The translations under genes were made by a program, and so were the position numbers. From contig JACPAV010000034.1 in the NCBI GenBank assembly GCA_016180645.1, forward strand, positions 1-57,061: a stretch of 57,061 nt of DNA, read 5' to 3'. The notes below the pieces were generated by a model. That model worked only from the letters and a program-made list of their open reading frames with translations. It was not told the DNA's origin and did not search any database. Shown one piece after another: positions 9,946-19,733 of the stretch (position 1 is the stretch's first letter; the number at the start of each line of letters is the position of its first letter). Origin of the DNA: Nitrospirota bacterium. GTDB taxonomy: Bacteria; JACPQY01.

Positions 9946-11832
9946 CTAGGCGGCCTTCAACGCCATGGCAACCCGGTCCACCTGTGTCTCGGAAAGCGAG
10001 AGGGCGGAGGGCAGGCTGATCAGGTGCCGTGACCAATAGTAAGCGTTCGGGAATCGCTCGGCCAGTTCGGCCTCCCGCATGGCGCCGTAGGGCTTCAGGG
10101 CGGGAATGGGCACGAACGCCGACCGAAATTCAATTCGCGCCTGGGTGAGACTCTTCCTGATCCGATCGGCCGAATTTTCGTCCGCCGCCAGCAGACTGCA
10201 CAGCCAGGGCACCTCGTTTTGATCCATCTTCAGCATCCCGCCCAGCGGGGATCCCTTGAGGCGCTCTTCGTACCATCGTTGGATTTCCCTTTTTCGAGCG
10301 ACGATCTCCTCCAGGCGCCGGAACTGACCCACCAGCAGCGCGGCCTGGAGATTGGTCAATCTGTAGTTGTAACCGGTTTCGAGATGGTCGTAGGAGCCGG
10401 CGGTCAACACGCCCTGATTGGACAGCAGGTAAACCCGGTCGTGAACCTCGCGGTTGCGCGAGGCGACGGCGCCACCCTCGCCCGAGGTCACGTTCTTGTT
10501 GGCGAAGAAACTGAAGGCCGAAACAATCCCGGAGGCGCCGACCGGCCGCCCGTTGACGCGGCATCCCAGGGCTTGGGCGGCGTCTTCAGCCACCCAAAGG
10601 CCTCGCCGCGAAGTCTCTTCAACCAGCTCAGAGAGGTCGGCAACCACTTTGCCGTAGAGATGAACGGCCCAGAGTCCGACCGCACCCTGCCGGGCGAGTT
10701 CCGGGAGGCATGAGCCATCGAGAACGGGCCGGTCTCTGCGAACATCCACAAAAACCGGTTGGGCCTGTTGGTATCGGACGGCGTTGGCGGTGGCGACGTA
10801 GGTAAACGCGGGAACGCCCACCTTATCGCCCGGACGGACGTTCACGGCGAGCATGCAGAGATGACAGGCCGCCGTCCCGTTCGACACGAGACGGATGTGC
10901 GGCATTCCCGTAGCCAGGGCCAAGGCTGCTTCCGCTTCGGCGCTGAACGACCCCTTGGCAATCTCATTCCGTCGGACCGCCTCCGCGAGGCGGTCTGTAT
11001 CCTCCTGAGCGAAGGCCGGCCCGCTCACGCGGATGAACTCGGGCGCGTTGGCTGAGGAAGAGCTTCCGGCGGGCTCAAGGCCGGCGGTCGATGGGATTCG
11101 CCCTTGGACGGTGGGAAGCGTTCGATGGAGACCGATTCGGACGAGGTACTTGAACAGGGCGGCGGTATATCCCGAGAAAATACTGAGAAACTTCGTCTTG
11201 CTTTGGCCGGCGGGCCGCAGCTTGTAGAAGACCGGAATTTCGATCATGGAAAGGCCGAGCCCAACCGCCTGATGGAGCAGGCGAAAGAAGTAGTCCCCGT
11301 ATCCGAAAAAAATGGCATCGAGAGGGAGACGATCCATCCATGCGCGCCGCATCGCAAAGAACCCGCAGAGATTGTCCTGGATGCGGGTGCCCAGGACGAT
11401 CCGAATCGCCAGGTTGTAGAGGGAGCTGCAGTAGTAACGGAACCCGTCCTGCATCCCCCCCCCGAACACGAAACGGGAGCCGACCACAAGATCGTAGTAG
11501 CCCAGGAGGTCTCTCATGACCGGGATGACGCGCGGATCGTGGTTGAAATCGGTGTCCATGACCAGCAGATGGTGCCCCCGGGCCTCTTCGAGTCCCCTCC
11601 GAATGGATTTCGCCAGGCCCCGATCCGTTTCGCGGATGATCAGACGCACACGGCCGTCCGCGCCGAATTCCCGGCGCACGACGTCCGCCGTTCCGTCCGG
11701 ACTCGAATCGTCCACCACGATGACTTCAACCCCCGCTCCAGAGGCATCCAGGATGGCACGAATCAGTGGGGCGATGTTTTCTGCCTCGTTGAAGGTGGGA
11801 AGGATGACGGAGAGCAGCGTTGATGGACCCAT
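9946..11832 (-). CDS. Fusion: Dpm1-like GT2 glycosyltransferase + DegT/DnrJ/EryC1/StrS PLP aminotransferase
   Basis: N-half: ILPTFNEAENI, DDSSPDGT, MDTDFNHDP. C-half: EDAAQALG, SFFANKNVTSGEGG, GYNYRLTNLQAA. Confidence 0.88.
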   Translation of the reverse strand: MGPSTLLSVILPTFNEAENIAPLIRAILDASGAGVEVIVVDDSSPDGTADVVRREFGADGRVRLIIRETDRGLAKSIRRGLEEARGHHLLVMDTDFNHDPRVIPVMRDLLGYYDLVVGSRFVFGGGMQDGFRYYCSSLYNLAIRIVLGTRIQDNLCGFFAMRRAWMDRLPLDAIFFGYGDYFFRLLHQAVGLGLSMIEIPVFYKLRPAGQSKTKFLSIFSGYTAALFKYLVRIGLHRTLPTVQGRIPSTAGLEPAGSSSSANAPEFIRVSGPAFAQEDTDRLAEAVRRNEIAKGSFSAEAEAALALATGMPHIRLVSNGTAACHLCMLAVNVRPGDKVGVPAFTYVATANAVRYQQAQPVFVDVRRDRPVLDGSCLPELARQGAVGLWAVHLYGKVVADLSELVEETSRRGLWVAEDAAQALGCRVNGRPVGASGIVSAFSFFANKNVTSGEGGAVASRNREVHDRVYLLSNQGVLTAGSYDHLETGYNYRLTNLQAALLVGQFRRLEEIVARKREIQRWYEERLKGSPLGGMLKMDQNEVPWLCSLLAADENSADRIRKSLTQARIEFRSAFVPIPALKPYGAMREAELAERFPNAYYWSRHLISLPSALSLSETQVDRVAMALKAA

Positions 11833-11852
11833 TCAGGAAAGCCTTGCCGCCC

Positions 11853-11881
11853 TATATAACAAAGCACAGTCGCGCGGGCAA
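11853..11881 (-). promoter_or_regulatory. Putative sigma70-type promoter TTGCCC-N17-TATATA with extended -10 TG
   Basis: Read on the minus strand upstream of the 11832 operon, in a divergent intergenic gap. Confidence 0.5.
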
Positions 11882-11928
11882 ACCCGTCCCAGCCGGCTCG
11901 ATTCAGGTGAAGTCCCACGTTCGGACTT

Positions 11929-13767
11929 GTGCAAACGGGACGGAAAACGTATGGTTCGCGGCGAATGGGCCACCCCCGGCCGAGCCGCTTTCAGCGGGCC
12001 CCCTTGCGGGGACTCAGCGTCGTGCTTCTCTCGGCACGGCGGCTGTCCTGCCGCCGGACACGCCGCCTAGCCCACCTCGCCGCATTGGCCGTCTTGGTCA
12101 CAATCCTTTCAGCTCTGAAACCCATCACCCTCGACGAAACGGCCTACCACGCGGCCGCCGCGCAGATCGCCCGCGCCCCCTTGGACCCCTATGGATTCGT
12201 TCTGTTCTGGCTCCAGTCTCCCCTGCCCGCCAACCATTCGATCCTCCCGCCGGTGAGCAACGCGTGGTGGGCTCTCGGGCTCCGGATTCTCGGTGACCAT
12301 GTACCCGCGTGGAAGCTGTGGATGTTCCCATTCAACTTTCTTTTCGTCCTTGGACTTCACGGCCTGCTTCGCCGAACGTGCCGGGGCCTTGAAACGACGC
12401 TGTTGTGGATGACTTCTCTCTCCCCGGTCTTTCTCCCGGCTTTCGGCCTCATGTTGGATGTCCCGTCCATGGCTCTTGCGCTGACCGGGCTGAACCTTCT
12501 CATGACGCCGGGGCAGAGGGGGAGTGTCCGCCGCGCGTCCCTTGCAGGCTTGTTCTTCGGCCTTGCCGTCCAGACGAAGTACTCGGCGTTTGTCCTCCTT
12601 GGAGCTGGATGCCTGCACACGGTCCTGTTTGGAAGAATCCGGCGGGGAGTTGCGGCCGCGGTCATCGCTTCAACCCTGTTCCTGTCGTGGGAGGTGTTCA
12701 CGTACGTGAAGTACGGGGAATCTCATTTCCTGCATCCGATCCTCCACGGATACCCCATTCACGTTGAGCCATGGCCCCATTTCATCCGGCCGCTATTTGT
12801 TTTTACGGGAGGGCTGCTGGCCCTGCTCGCCCCGCTCGGATTTCTGGGTCTCGGTCTTCCCGGCTGGGTGTCCGTGGCCCTCATGGCGTCAACGGCGCTG
12901 GTCTATGCGGTTGTGGGCGTGTTCCCGGAGGCCGCGATGCCGTGGGCGACGCGGTTTCATATTGCCGAAACGCACTTCTCGCTGATTCGAAGGCTGTTTG
13001 CGGGGCTGGGCATGGTTCTGTGGGGAACGATTCTGGCCGGCGCCGTTCGCGGCATGGCATGGGATGCGGCGCATCGAGGGTGGAGGGCCTTTCGGCGGGC
13101 TTCGCGGAGATCCGAGATCTTTTTGTTCGCCTGGCTCGCGGCTGAAATCGTGGGGTACTTCGCCCTCTCGCCCTTCCCGGCGGCACGGCGGTTCATGGGA
13201 ATGGCGGTCGTGGTCACGATGATTCTGGGCAGGCTGGCGTGTGTCCGGCGGGGGCGAGGCGCAAGCGCCTTCCTCCTCCCTTGCGCCGCCGTTCTCCAGA
13301 TACTTCTGGGTCTCGCCTATGCCGGGGTCGATGAAATGGAAGCCCGGTCACACCAGCGGGGCGTGGCCTTGGCCAAGGATTGGATCGAGCAGCGCGACCC
13401 CGCGCCCTCGGTCTGGTACACGGGCCACTGGGGATTCCAGTTCTATGCGGAGCGCGCCGGGATGCAGCCGATCGTCCCGGAGCACTCGATGGAAAAATCC
13501 TATCTCGACCTTCCGCCGGCCTCCTTCATCCGGGCTGGGGACTGGTTGGTCATCCCGGATGGAAGCGTGTCCAAACAGCAGGTCAAGCTGGATGGAGAGT
13601 CAGGACCGCTGAGCCGGAGGACCACCCTTCGGATCGCGGATCGCAATCACTATCGCACGCTCTGGTGCTATCACGGCGGGTATGCGCCGCTGTGCCGCCT
13701 CGGAGGTCCGAGGCTGGAGGTGGACGTCTACCGGGTGGATCGGGACTTCACGGCCGGCCCGCCGTAG
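11929..13767 (+). CDS. Polytopic membrane protein, ArnT/PMT-like GT-C candidate
   Basis: ITLDETAY acidic motif after TM1, LAVQTKYS, more than 10 TM segments, soluble C-terminal tail; exact start uncertain. Confidence 0.72.
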   Translation: MQTGRKTYGSRRMGHPRPSRFQRAPLRGLSVVLLSARRLSCRRTRRLAHLAALAVLVTILSALKPITLDETAYHAAAAQIARAPLDPYGFVLFWLQSPLPANHSILPPVSNAWWALGLRILGDHVPAWKLWMFPFNFLFVLGLHGLLRRTCRGLETTLLWMTSLSPVFLPAFGLMLDVPSMALALTGLNLLMTPGQRGSVRRASLAGLFFGLAVQTKYSAFVLLGAGCLHTVLFGRIRRGVAAAVIASTLFLSWEVFTYVKYGESHFLHPILHGYPIHVEPWPHFIRPLFVFTGGLLALLAPLGFLGLGLPGWVSVALMASTALVYAVVGVFPEAAMPWATRFHIAETHFSLIRRLFAGLGMVLWGTILAGAVRGMAWDAAHRGWRAFRRASRRSEIFLFAWLAAEIVGYFALSPFPAARRFMGMAVVVTMILGRLACVRRGRGASAFLLPCAAVLQILLGLAYAGVDEMEARSHQRGVALAKDWIEQRDPAPSVWYTGHWGFQFYAERAGMQPIVPEHSMEKSYLDLPPASFIRAGDWLVIPDGSVSKQQVKLDGESGPLSRRTTLRIADRNHYRTLWCYHGGYAPLCRLGGPRLEVDVYRVDRDFTAGPP

Positions 13768-13778
13768 GATTGTTTTTC

Positions 13779-15545
13779 ATGACACCAATGCGCCGCCAAA
13801 TCTGTCTTGCTCTTTTCTGGAGCGGGCTGTTCGGCTTCTTCGTCGGCGCGTTCGGGCACGCCACATGGCAGATCGCCGTGGAAGATGCGCAGGTGCTCGC
13901 CGGGGTTGTCCAATATCCCTTCAAATCTCCCGAGTACCAGGCGCGTACGGCTCTCTGGGCCTTTGCAAATCAGATCAGCGCCGTCTTGCTCTGGCTGGGG
14001 ATCTCCGAGAGGGTCCTCTCGATTGCCTGGAGCGGATTTCTGAGCTGCCTCTCTTTTCAGGCGCTTTCGTTGCTGACCCTGGTCATCAGTCGGAACGTGC
14101 TGCCGGCCATCGCATGTCCATTCCTGGTCCACTACTCGCGCCTGCTGGAATCCGTGGGCGATGTGGTCTACCCCGTCTACCTGTCCGGCCTGCATACCCA
14201 CGGGATTCTGGGGCTGTCGTACATGGTCCTTACCGTGGGAATCCTCTCGTCGGGGCGCCGCCGCCTCGGGGCGTTCTTGCTCGGATTCGCCCCGGCCGTA
14301 CATGCGAGTTGGGCCGTTTGGACCTGGGGACTCGTGGGCATTGTTTGGCTGATTTCCGAACACCACAAAAAGTTTGCCATGCGAAAAAACGCCGGAGCAT
14401 TCCTGTTCGGGGTTCTGATCGCCGGGATAAGCTACTCGGTTCAGCGCTTCGGCTTCCGAGATGTTCCCGCGGTGCCGGGCGAGACGGCCGCGGCCTACTG
14501 GGATGCCTTCACGCGGCTCTGGGACTATCACCGAAGGCCGCTTTCATGGGCCGAGATCTCGTCGAGTCGCACGTTCTTTCTTTCGGTGATCGGTCTGGGC
14601 ATCGGAGGGTGGGGCCTGCTGAGGATGAGGCACTCGATCCCGGCCGGCGGCGTTGTGCTTCTGAGGATTTTTTTCCTGGCGACGGGCCTGGGCATCTTCG
14701 CGCTGCTCCTGCACGCGGTCCCGTTGGGCAAGTTGCCCTCCGCCGTCGCCCTCCTGATGCCCGGACGGTGGATCAACCTCGCGTCGTTCATGACGCTCCC
14801 GATCTTCCTGGGCTTGCTGGGAAGTCGAAGGGAGAATGGCGCCACGCAGGCGGTCTTGGCCGGATTCCTATTGGTGGTGGCGATCCAAGCGCCCTTCTGG
14901 GTGCTCAAGGGCCTGGCGTTGTTTCTCGTCCTGTTCGTTGCCTCGGAATTCTTCAGCGGTGTCTTGCGCACATCGAGCCGGGCGGGCAGGAGGGTTGCCG
15001 CCGCCGGGCGGGCGGCACAGGCGATCGTTCTGCCGGCGATGGCCTTGTCGGTCTTGATCCACTCATGGAAGGCCTGGCCCGACTCCTGGAGGCAAATGCG
15101 AGACCGGGAAAATGACCCGTTTTTCTCCTCGATGGCCGGCGGCCAAGGAATGGTGATCGCCTCGCCCGCCGCGAACATGCTGCAACTCCGGACGCGACGG
15201 CCGATGCTTTTTTCCGAATCCAAATTGGATCTTGTCTCGTACGTGCCGTCGATCGGTCCCGACCTCAACCGGCTTCTCAACGTTATTTCGAACCTGGATT
15301 TTCTCTCCCCGCCGATGCGTCCGGACGCGCACATCGACGGTTTGAGGTCGATGAACTTCGGTTGGCTGGGCGGTCGAGTGAAGCAGACGTGGGAGTCGCG
15401 CGACGCGGCGGGTTGGCAGGCGATTCGCAGGGAATTCGGCGCGACCGAGGTGGTGACGTTGGCCGACTGGCGACTCCAACTTCCGGAAGCCGCGCGCAAC
15501 GAAGAGTTCGCGCTCTACCGCATCCCGGCCGGCATGGAGGAATGA
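13779..15545 (+). CDS. Polytopic membrane protein of unknown function (possible GT-C)
   Basis: Long ORF with many TM segments directly after the previous gene; start moved to ATG at 13779. Confidence 0.7.
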   Translation: MTPMRRQICLALFWSGLFGFFVGAFGHATWQIAVEDAQVLAGVVQYPFKSPEYQARTALWAFANQISAVLLWLGISERVLSIAWSGFLSCLSFQALSLLTLVISRNVLPAIACPFLVHYSRLLESVGDVVYPVYLSGLHTHGILGLSYMVLTVGILSSGRRRLGAFLLGFAPAVHASWAVWTWGLVGIVWLISEHHKKFAMRKNAGAFLFGVLIAGISYSVQRFGFRDVPAVPGETAAAYWDAFTRLWDYHRRPLSWAEISSSRTFFLSVIGLGIGGWGLLRMRHSIPAGGVVLLRIFFLATGLGIFALLLHAVPLGKLPSAVALLMPGRWINLASFMTLPIFLGLLGSRRENGATQAVLAGFLLVVAIQAPFWVLKGLALFLVLFVASEFFSGVLRTSSRAGRRVAAAGRAAQAIVLPAMALSVLIHSWKAWPDSWRQMRDRENDPFFSSMAGGQGMVIASPAANMLQLRTRRPMLFSESKLDLVSYVPSIGPDLNRLLNVISNLDFLSPPMRPDAHIDGLRSMNFGWLGGRVKQTWESRDAAGWQAIRREFGATEVVTLADWRLQLPEAARNEEFALYRIPAGMEE

Positions 15546-15649
15546 CGGCGGCGAGTCGGACGGAAGAGACCCGGGTCACAGGCCGGCCGTGATGGCCGAT
15601 CACGAAAGGACAGGATCACGACTGCGCCCCCGCGGCCGAGCACCGCGGG

Positions 15650-16708
15650 CTATCGTTCCGTAAGCCTGACACGGAGGGCTTCCTCGACATCCTTGCCGGT
15701 CTTGGCGGCGAAGTACCAGTCCATGGTTTGCTTGAGCCCTTGATGGAAGGCGACTCTCGGTTTCCATCCCAGGAGCTTCTCGGCCAGTGAGTTGTCGGCC
15801 ACTCGATTGACGGGCCCCGTAGGCATCTCCGGCTTGGTCACGATTCGGGGCCGGAAGGAATCCCCGCGAAGTTCCGCCGCGTATTGGATGACGGAGTTCA
15901 CCGCATCCAAGACCCGGATTCGCTCCATCGTCCCGAGATTCACCGCCGTTCCGTCACTTATTTTCTCCGCGGCCAGGAGGGTCCCTTCCACGATGTCGTC
16001 CACGTACGTCCAGTTTCGGATCTGTTCGCCGGTTCCCCACACTTCGAAGGGATCCTGCTTGACAAAGGCGCGAGCGATCATCGCCATGACGGCATGGTTC
16101 TCCACGCCCCTCGGGCCGTATACGGTGAAGAACCTGCAACTGGCGCAGCCGACTCCGAACTGCTTGTGAAGCGCCACCAGGGTCATTTCCGCCATGAGTT
16201 TCGCCCAGCCGTACATATTGTCCGCGTCATAAGGCGGGCCGACGTCCGTTTCTCGGAGGTAACGCTTGGTCTGGGGATCCCGTTGCAGATGGTTTGGGTA
16301 GACGCATCCTGACGATGCAAAGACGATCTTCTTCACGCCCGCCGCGACGGCGGCGCGAAAGACCAGCCCGTCCAGAACCAGGTTTGATGCGCATTCGGCC
16401 TGATGGAGGTCCACGTACCCTCGTCCGCCATGGTCGGCGGCGAGGTGGAAGACCACCTCCACGCCCTCGGCGGCGCTCTTGGCCGCCCCCTGCTCGTTCA
16501 GATCCGCGCGCGTGAATTGAACTCCTCCACGGGAGATCAGCGGTTCCAGGTTTTCCAGCTTTCCGCTGCTCAGGTCATCCACGACGCTCACCTTCGCGCC
16601 GCGCCTCGCGAGTTCGCGGACAAGATTGGAGCCGATGAAAGATGTACCCCCCGTCACCAAGACAGGCTTGTCTTTCCACTCGTATTCGGAAACAACCCGT
16701 TGATTCAT
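15650..16708 (-). CDS. NAD-dependent epimerase/dehydratase (GDP-mannose 3,5-epimerase-like)
   Basis: TGGTSFIG, HLAADHGGRG, SSGCVYP, YGWAK. Confidence 0.88.
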   Translation of the reverse strand: MNQRVVSEYEWKDKPVLVTGGTSFIGSNLVRELARRGAKVSVVDDLSSGKLENLEPLISRGGVQFTRADLNEQGAAKSAAEGVEVVFHLAADHGGRGYVDLHQAECASNLVLDGLVFRAAVAAGVKKIVFASSGCVYPNHLQRDPQTKRYLRETDVGPPYDADNMYGWAKLMAEMTLVALHKQFGVGCASCRFFTVYGPRGVENHAVMAMIARAFVKQDPFEVWGTGEQIRNWTYVDDIVEGTLLAAEKISDGTAVNLGTMERIRVLDAVNSVIQYAAELRGDSFRPRIVTKPEMPTGPVNRVADNSLAEKLLGWKPRVAFHQGLKQTMDWYFAAKTGKDVEEALRVRLTER

Positions 16709-16898
16709 TTCACGCCTTTCAAATCACTTTCCTGATTCCATCTCGACCCGCGGTCTTGCCCGCCTACCGGGGCCCGACGACAGCCACTGCGGGGCAGGAG
16801 TTAGGCCGCCGGAGCACTTCCGCGTCTCAGCCTTGCCCCGGAACCACTCGTGGATGATACTCCGAAATGTCGGCATTCGACTCTGGAAGGAAGAGGAA

Positions 16899-17002
16899 GG
16901 GGTCAAGTCTTGAATTGGCACAGGTGGGCAGGGATGGTGGTTCACAGATGTATCAATTCAAGACTTGACCCCAGGTCTGCCAAGACTTGACCCCAGGTCT
17001 GC
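16899..17002. mobile_element. 74-bp gene-less derivative (16899-16972) of the RAYT-like element, plus a 22-bp tandem duplication of its right end
   Basis: GGGGTCAAGTCTTGAATTGGCA (16899-16920) is identical to 52170-52191; right arm CAATTCAAGACTTGACCCC; CAAGACTTGACCCCAGGTCTGC occurs at 16959-16980 and 16981-17002. Confidence 0.85.
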
Positions 17003-17003
17003 T

Positions 17004-17022
17004 AATAAAGTATACTGTCACC
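17004..17022. repeat. Half copy of the GTGACAGTATACT element; supplies the TGA stop of the 17018-18721 gene
   Basis: AATAAAGTATACTGTCACC matches 7155-7173 at 18 of 19 positions. Confidence 0.75.
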
Positions 17023-18721
17023 TATTATTCCATAAATGGCGGAGCGCCAGGGCGAAGCAGATCGTCTGGATGGACGCGGCGATCGTGGAGACGGGCTCCG
17101 GAGGCAGAACGGCCCCGATGAACTCGTTCACTCGCCCCTGAAACGCGATCCATGGATCGGACGGAATGGATTCCAGCAGCGGGCGGATTTTCGCAAGGAG
17201 CGGTTGCGCGGGTGCCGTGTCCAGGTGGAAACTGGGGAGGAGTTGCGGGCGTCCGAAGCGGGCGTGGGAGAGAATCACCAGGAAGTGGGCGCCGCACATG
17301 GCGAGCCAGATGGGAAGCAAGGGACGGTGAACGGCCGCCCTTATCGCTCGTGGGCCTTGCTTGGCTTCGCGCAAGGTCCACGTCCAAGGACGGCGAAACG
17401 AGGGTGCATGGAGACCGGGCGCCGCCAGCAGGATCATCAGCACGAGGGCCGCGTAGGCGTGGTTCTCGTGGGCGCGGGTTCCGAGTTGCGGGACAGTCAG
17501 ACCCGTCACGATCATGAGGAGCAGGATGGCGGTATGCCGCTGAGATCCCTCCCGCATATCCGTGCCGGCCCTGAGGACTTGAGGGAGCCCGCGGAGAATC
17601 GCTTCGGTGAGCCGCAGGAGGGCGGGACCGGCAAGGATCAAGAGAAGCCCCGCGGCGAGGAGGACCAAGAGTGAAACGAAGTAGAACATTGAATACCGGC
17701 CGAGAACGAGACTTGGGTGCATTGCGGGATCGGAGGGGCGAAGCCATCCCAGTCCGCAGATCACCAGCAGGAGCCAGCCGCAGAGTCGCGCGAAGCGGCC
17801 GGGGTCGCCGGTCCACCGGCGGCCGGGGATCGCGGGAATCCGGAGCGTAAACGCGAGGATAATCAGAACGGCCAGGATGATGCCGGTCCGATCCAGCGCC
17901 GCGAACAACGAAGGGGGAAGTACCAGCGCATAGGTCGGCCCGGGCTGATCCAGAACGGCTTGGAAGAGTCGCGTGACCGGTCGCCAGACGCTCACGCAGT
18001 TGTTGCAGAGGGCCACCATGTACCCGGATACGAAAACGTACTGCCTTGGAAGGGCCGCCGCATCGCCGCCGCCGAGCACGAGAAAGACCGCGCCGGCCAG
18101 GAGAACCGAGGATGCCCCCGCTGCGTACCAGACCAAGGCCGCTCTTCTTTCCCGGAGGAATTGGAAGGTCAGGAGCAAGAGGACCGGAGCCCCGAAGAAC
18201 ATGAGGCCTTGCGGCTTGAACATGGCGCTTCCGAGGAGCGCGGCGCCCGTGGCCGCCCATGCCAAGCGATCGTCCCGGATACCACGGAGCAGCAATAGCG
18301 ACAGCAGAACCATGGAAGTATGGGCGCCGTCCCAGTAGCCCTGCCATGCGCCGTGAAGGATGAACCAGGGGTTCAACCAGAAAAGATAGTACGCCCATCG
18401 CTTGCGCTCCGCCCCCAGAAGACGCGCCAGCAGCCAGAGGATTCCGGCTTCAAAGCACAGTTCGAAAAACTTGTGCGGCGCCCACCAGAATCTCGGGATG
18501 GCATCGGCGATCCGGTATGCAGCGCCGGCAAACCAGAAGGAGAGGATTCCGTACCCGCCGTCTCCCGAGAAGGCGTGGGCCAGACCCTCGCTCGTGACCC
18601 GGGGGCCCCAGTCGAAAACCCAGGGGTCCGGGTCGGCCATCCCGTTGAAGAGAAGTCCCGGGGCCCTGAGTAGAAGGCCCAGAAGGAAAAGGAGGACTTC
18701 AGCCCGGCGATTCCTATCCAC
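17018..18721 (-). CDS. Polytopic membrane protein, GT-C-like (mannosyltransferase-related)
   Basis: WLNPWFI...WQGYWD, MFKPQG, HENHAY; many TM helices. Confidence 0.7.
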   Translation of the reverse strand: MDRNRRAEVLLFLLGLLLRAPGLLFNGMADPDPWVFDWGPRVTSEGLAHAFSGDGGYGILSFWFAGAAYRIADAIPRFWWAPHKFFELCFEAGILWLLARLLGAERKRWAYYLFWLNPWFILHGAWQGYWDGAHTSMVLLSLLLLRGIRDDRLAWAATGAALLGSAMFKPQGLMFFGAPVLLLLTFQFLRERRAALVWYAAGASSVLLAGAVFLVLGGGDAAALPRQYVFVSGYMVALCNNCVSVWRPVTRLFQAVLDQPGPTYALVLPPSLFAALDRTGIILAVLIILAFTLRIPAIPGRRWTGDPGRFARLCGWLLLVICGLGWLRPSDPAMHPSLVLGRYSMFYFVSLLVLLAAGLLLILAGPALLRLTEAILRGLPQVLRAGTDMREGSQRHTAILLLMIVTGLTVPQLGTRAHENHAYAALVLMILLAAPGLHAPSFRRPWTWTLREAKQGPRAIRAAVHRPLLPIWLAMCGAHFLVILSHARFGRPQLLPSFHLDTAPAQPLLAKIRPLLESIPSDPWIAFQGRVNEFIGAVLPPEPVSTIAASIQTICFALALRHLWNNR

Positions 18722-19733
18722 TTTTCTTTCCCATGGCGCGGAACCGCCGGGTTGCCCGACCGACGATGGGCGGAAGGAGGGCCTTTGCTCTCGCTTTCCA
18801 TTTTCCGGCCGCCGCGCGCTTGAAGAAGTTCACGCACTCGCATTTCATGAAGCGAGAAGCGTCGTCATGGCCAAATTGCGACTCGTAGGCGCGTGTGAGA
18901 TCCATGGCGAAGCCGGCCTGAGTGTCCAGGAGGGCGAACACCCACAGGAGGAGATAGTCGCGCCGATCCCGCTTCGATTGTTCCAGCCAGGCGATGGAGC
19001 GAAGATACCGGGCTTCCGCGTACGCGGGCGACGGCTTGCAGGCCCACGAGACGAGGGACTCGGTCAGAGGCGGGGCCTCACGGGAAAATTCTCCCACCGT
19101 TGCCTGCCTGAGACGCAGGGCGGCGCCGATTTTCAGATCCGAGATCCAGAAGCCCGTTTCCGCCAGTTCCCGGTGGGCATCGACGAACAGATCCTCCCCT
19201 TCGTAGGCGTGGATCAGGCCCGGTTCGATGTCCAGCGCCAAGACGCCGTTGCGGAGGGCGTTCGGGAGGCTGTTGAAGATCCGGAGATCCGCCCCCTGAG
19301 TGTCGCACTTGAGCCAGTCCACGCGATCCAGTCCGAGCGATCGAATCACGGTCTCCAGCGTGGCCGTGGGAACCCGCGTCTCTTTCACCACCCGGAAGGA
19401 ATCGACGAATTGGTAATCCGAGAGGGACTTCAGGTCGGGTCGCAGGAGGCTCGAACAGTAGGGGGAGCGCGTGAGGTAGAACGGCGCTTCCGCGATCGAA
19501 GCGTCCCACGTTACGGCCTTGTTGACGATACAGGTTCGGTGAAATCGCCCTTCCTTGATCTCGCGCATTTCCCGGAGATCCGGATCAAAGCCGATGTAGA
19601 TCGACTGGGGGGCGATTCGTTCCCAGATGGCGGGAGGATCACCGGAGGCCCCGACATCGACGAGAACCGGAGGCGTTCCCAACCGGGCCAGCGGGATTTC
19701 GAACGAGGAGGACTTCATCAAGCCACGCGGCAC
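18714..19733 (-). CDS. FkbM-family methyltransferase
   Basis: LVDVGASG, IGFDPD, DWLKCDTQGADL, YEGEDLF. Confidence 0.85.
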   Translation of the reverse strand: MPRGLMKSSSFEIPLARLGTPPVLVDVGASGDPPAIWERIAPQSIYIGFDPDLREMREIKEGRFHRTCIVNKAVTWDASIAEAPFYLTRSPYCSSLLRPDLKSLSDYQFVDSFRVVKETRVPTATLETVIRSLGLDRVDWLKCDTQGADLRIFNSLPNALRNGVLALDIEPGLIHAYEGEDLFVDAHRELAETGFWISDLKIGAALRLRQATVGEFSREAPPLTESLVSWACKPSPAYAEARYLRSIAWLEQSKRDRRDYLLLWVFALLDTQAGFAMDLTRAYESQFGHDDASRFMKCECVNFFKRAAAGKWKARAKALLPPIVGRATRRFRAMGKKSG

